Source: Raillietiella orientalis (taxonomy: Eukaryota). Taken from it: 64,000 nt of DNA. The notes below the pieces were generated by a model. That model saw nothing but the letters and a program-made list of their open reading frames with translations. It did not search any database and was not told where the DNA came from. The stretch is taken from NCBI GenBank assembly GCA_036172245.1, contig JAYWIR010000002.1, positions 6,882,001 to 6,946,000 on the forward strand. The letters run 5' to 3'. Below are positions 63,100 to 64,000 of this stretch, piece by piece (the stretch's first letter is position 1; each line of letters begins with the position of its first letter). Both the position numbers and the translations under genes were made by a program.

Positions 63100-64000
63100 G
63101 GACGACGCGCTTCCGAGGCCGGCCGCGAGGAGCACACCCGGCGTTCCGAACGCCGCTGGCGAGGCGGTGCATGTCGTGGCTCGTCGCCACGTGCACCTCC
63201 AGTGCACCTTTGGTCCCGGCGCCGGAGGAAGGGAGCCCACCGACCTGGAGGATGCCTCGGGAAGCGCTTTCGGGCGGGGACTGAACACCGCAGCGCAGTG
63301 TGACCATCTGTGAAAGGGCAGCTGGAGAAGCGGATGGTCCCGTCTTCGAAAGTCTCCGGTTTCCCCCCCCTGGTGTCCCGGACGGCCTGCCGTGAGTCGA
63401 GGTCCGCGCAGTCCGTGGCGGAAGAGTGGCCTTCCTGCAAGAAGAAGCGACCAGGTGCCTGCTCACCCCGCTCGGCGGAAGGCCTCGATCCGCCAGACTG
63501 TTCGGATCCGGAACCTGCTGATGCAGCGCGAGCCCTCCGGCCCGCAGCGAGCTAGAAAGGACCCGGGTTGCCAGCCTGCGTGAAACCTCTCGGGCGTATC
63601 TTTAGGAAGCTCTTTGCAAGAAGAGGTGGCGGAACGTGGTGACCCTCTCTTCCGTGACGGCCCGAGGCGGGTAGCAGAGGTGGCTGGCACCTGCGCCCCT
63701 CGTGGTCCTCCGGAAGGCGGACTGCCTGCACTACCGGTTCATCAGTTCCCTTGGACCCCTTTCGATGAGGGCAAGCTGCACTCCCGTGCTGCCGCTCAGC
63801 GACGCTTTCCAAATTTGACTCGGCCGGGGGGGGGGGGGAGAGAAACTGGAGCGAAGCGAAGAGCAGCAAAGAAAGAAAGAAGCAGCGGTGTCGGCGGGAA
63901 CACTTCCTCCAGCTTCCTGAAGATTCTCTTTGACAGCTGGAAGACGCGCGAGTTGGTGGATGCTGCCATTCAGCACGTTTTGGTGACGGGACTCCTCCGG
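63100..64000 (-). mobile_element. RLE-type non-LTR 3-prime remnant (runs off window)
   Basis: CRQSAF...SHLC, RHLFLQR, ADLD...SCPFTDGHTAL...KRF (PD...CPFE...K.KY) and VGSL. Confidence 0.5.

Noticed and set aside
12700..64000. Many long ORFs (200-489 aa) in the supplied track, e.g. 60178-61647, 58624-59880, 52607-53770
   Set aside because: They are Arg/Pro/Gly/Ser-rich, overlap in all six frames and contain no intact domains. High GC suppressing stop codons over TE fossils explains them.
1..64000. CRISPR arrays, rRNA, tRNA, snRNA or prokaryotic operons
   Set aside because: No regularly spaced repeats or recognisable RNA-gene sequences were seen. A covariance-model scan was not possible, so divergent small RNAs cannot be excluded.

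Overview
Eukaryotic (metazoan) genomic DNA, not prokaryotic. There are GT-AG introns of only 38-55 nt, many homopolymer tracts, and a dense background of decayed transposons. The tiny introns together with a Spire gene and NeSL/Utopia-like elements would fit a clade I nematode, but that is only an inference. Three spliced host genes can be reconstructed by hand. (1) TMEM41A on + has four exons over 6421-12504, with a 5.2-kb TE-filled third intron. (2) A divergent Spire-like actin nucleator on - spans about 17.1-23.0 kb, with KIND-like exons, a probable 22-nt microexon and three WH2 repeats; no Spir-box/FYVE region was found. (3) A 97-aa single-pass membrane microprotein on - (37951-38379) has an ATG split by an intron and ends in a PPxY motif. 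Nearly everything else is fossil mobile DNA: BEL/Pao, Gypsy, RTE, CR1/L2-like, Tx1/L1, at least six RLE-type (NeSL/Utopia-like) non-LTR fragments, mariner/Tc1 remnants, and two MITEs with clear TIRs/TSDs. The most notable oddities are a Tx1-like LINE family ending in AATAAA plus a hairpin instead of poly(A), an intronless SMC4-like pseudogene fragment next to a perfect 22-bp hairpin, local templated duplications, a strong CpG/GC mosaic, and a long run of same-strand TE fossils. TE family calls rest on motif recognition by eye in frameshifted sequence, so their boundaries are approximate. Most long ORFs in the supplied track are GC-content artefacts.
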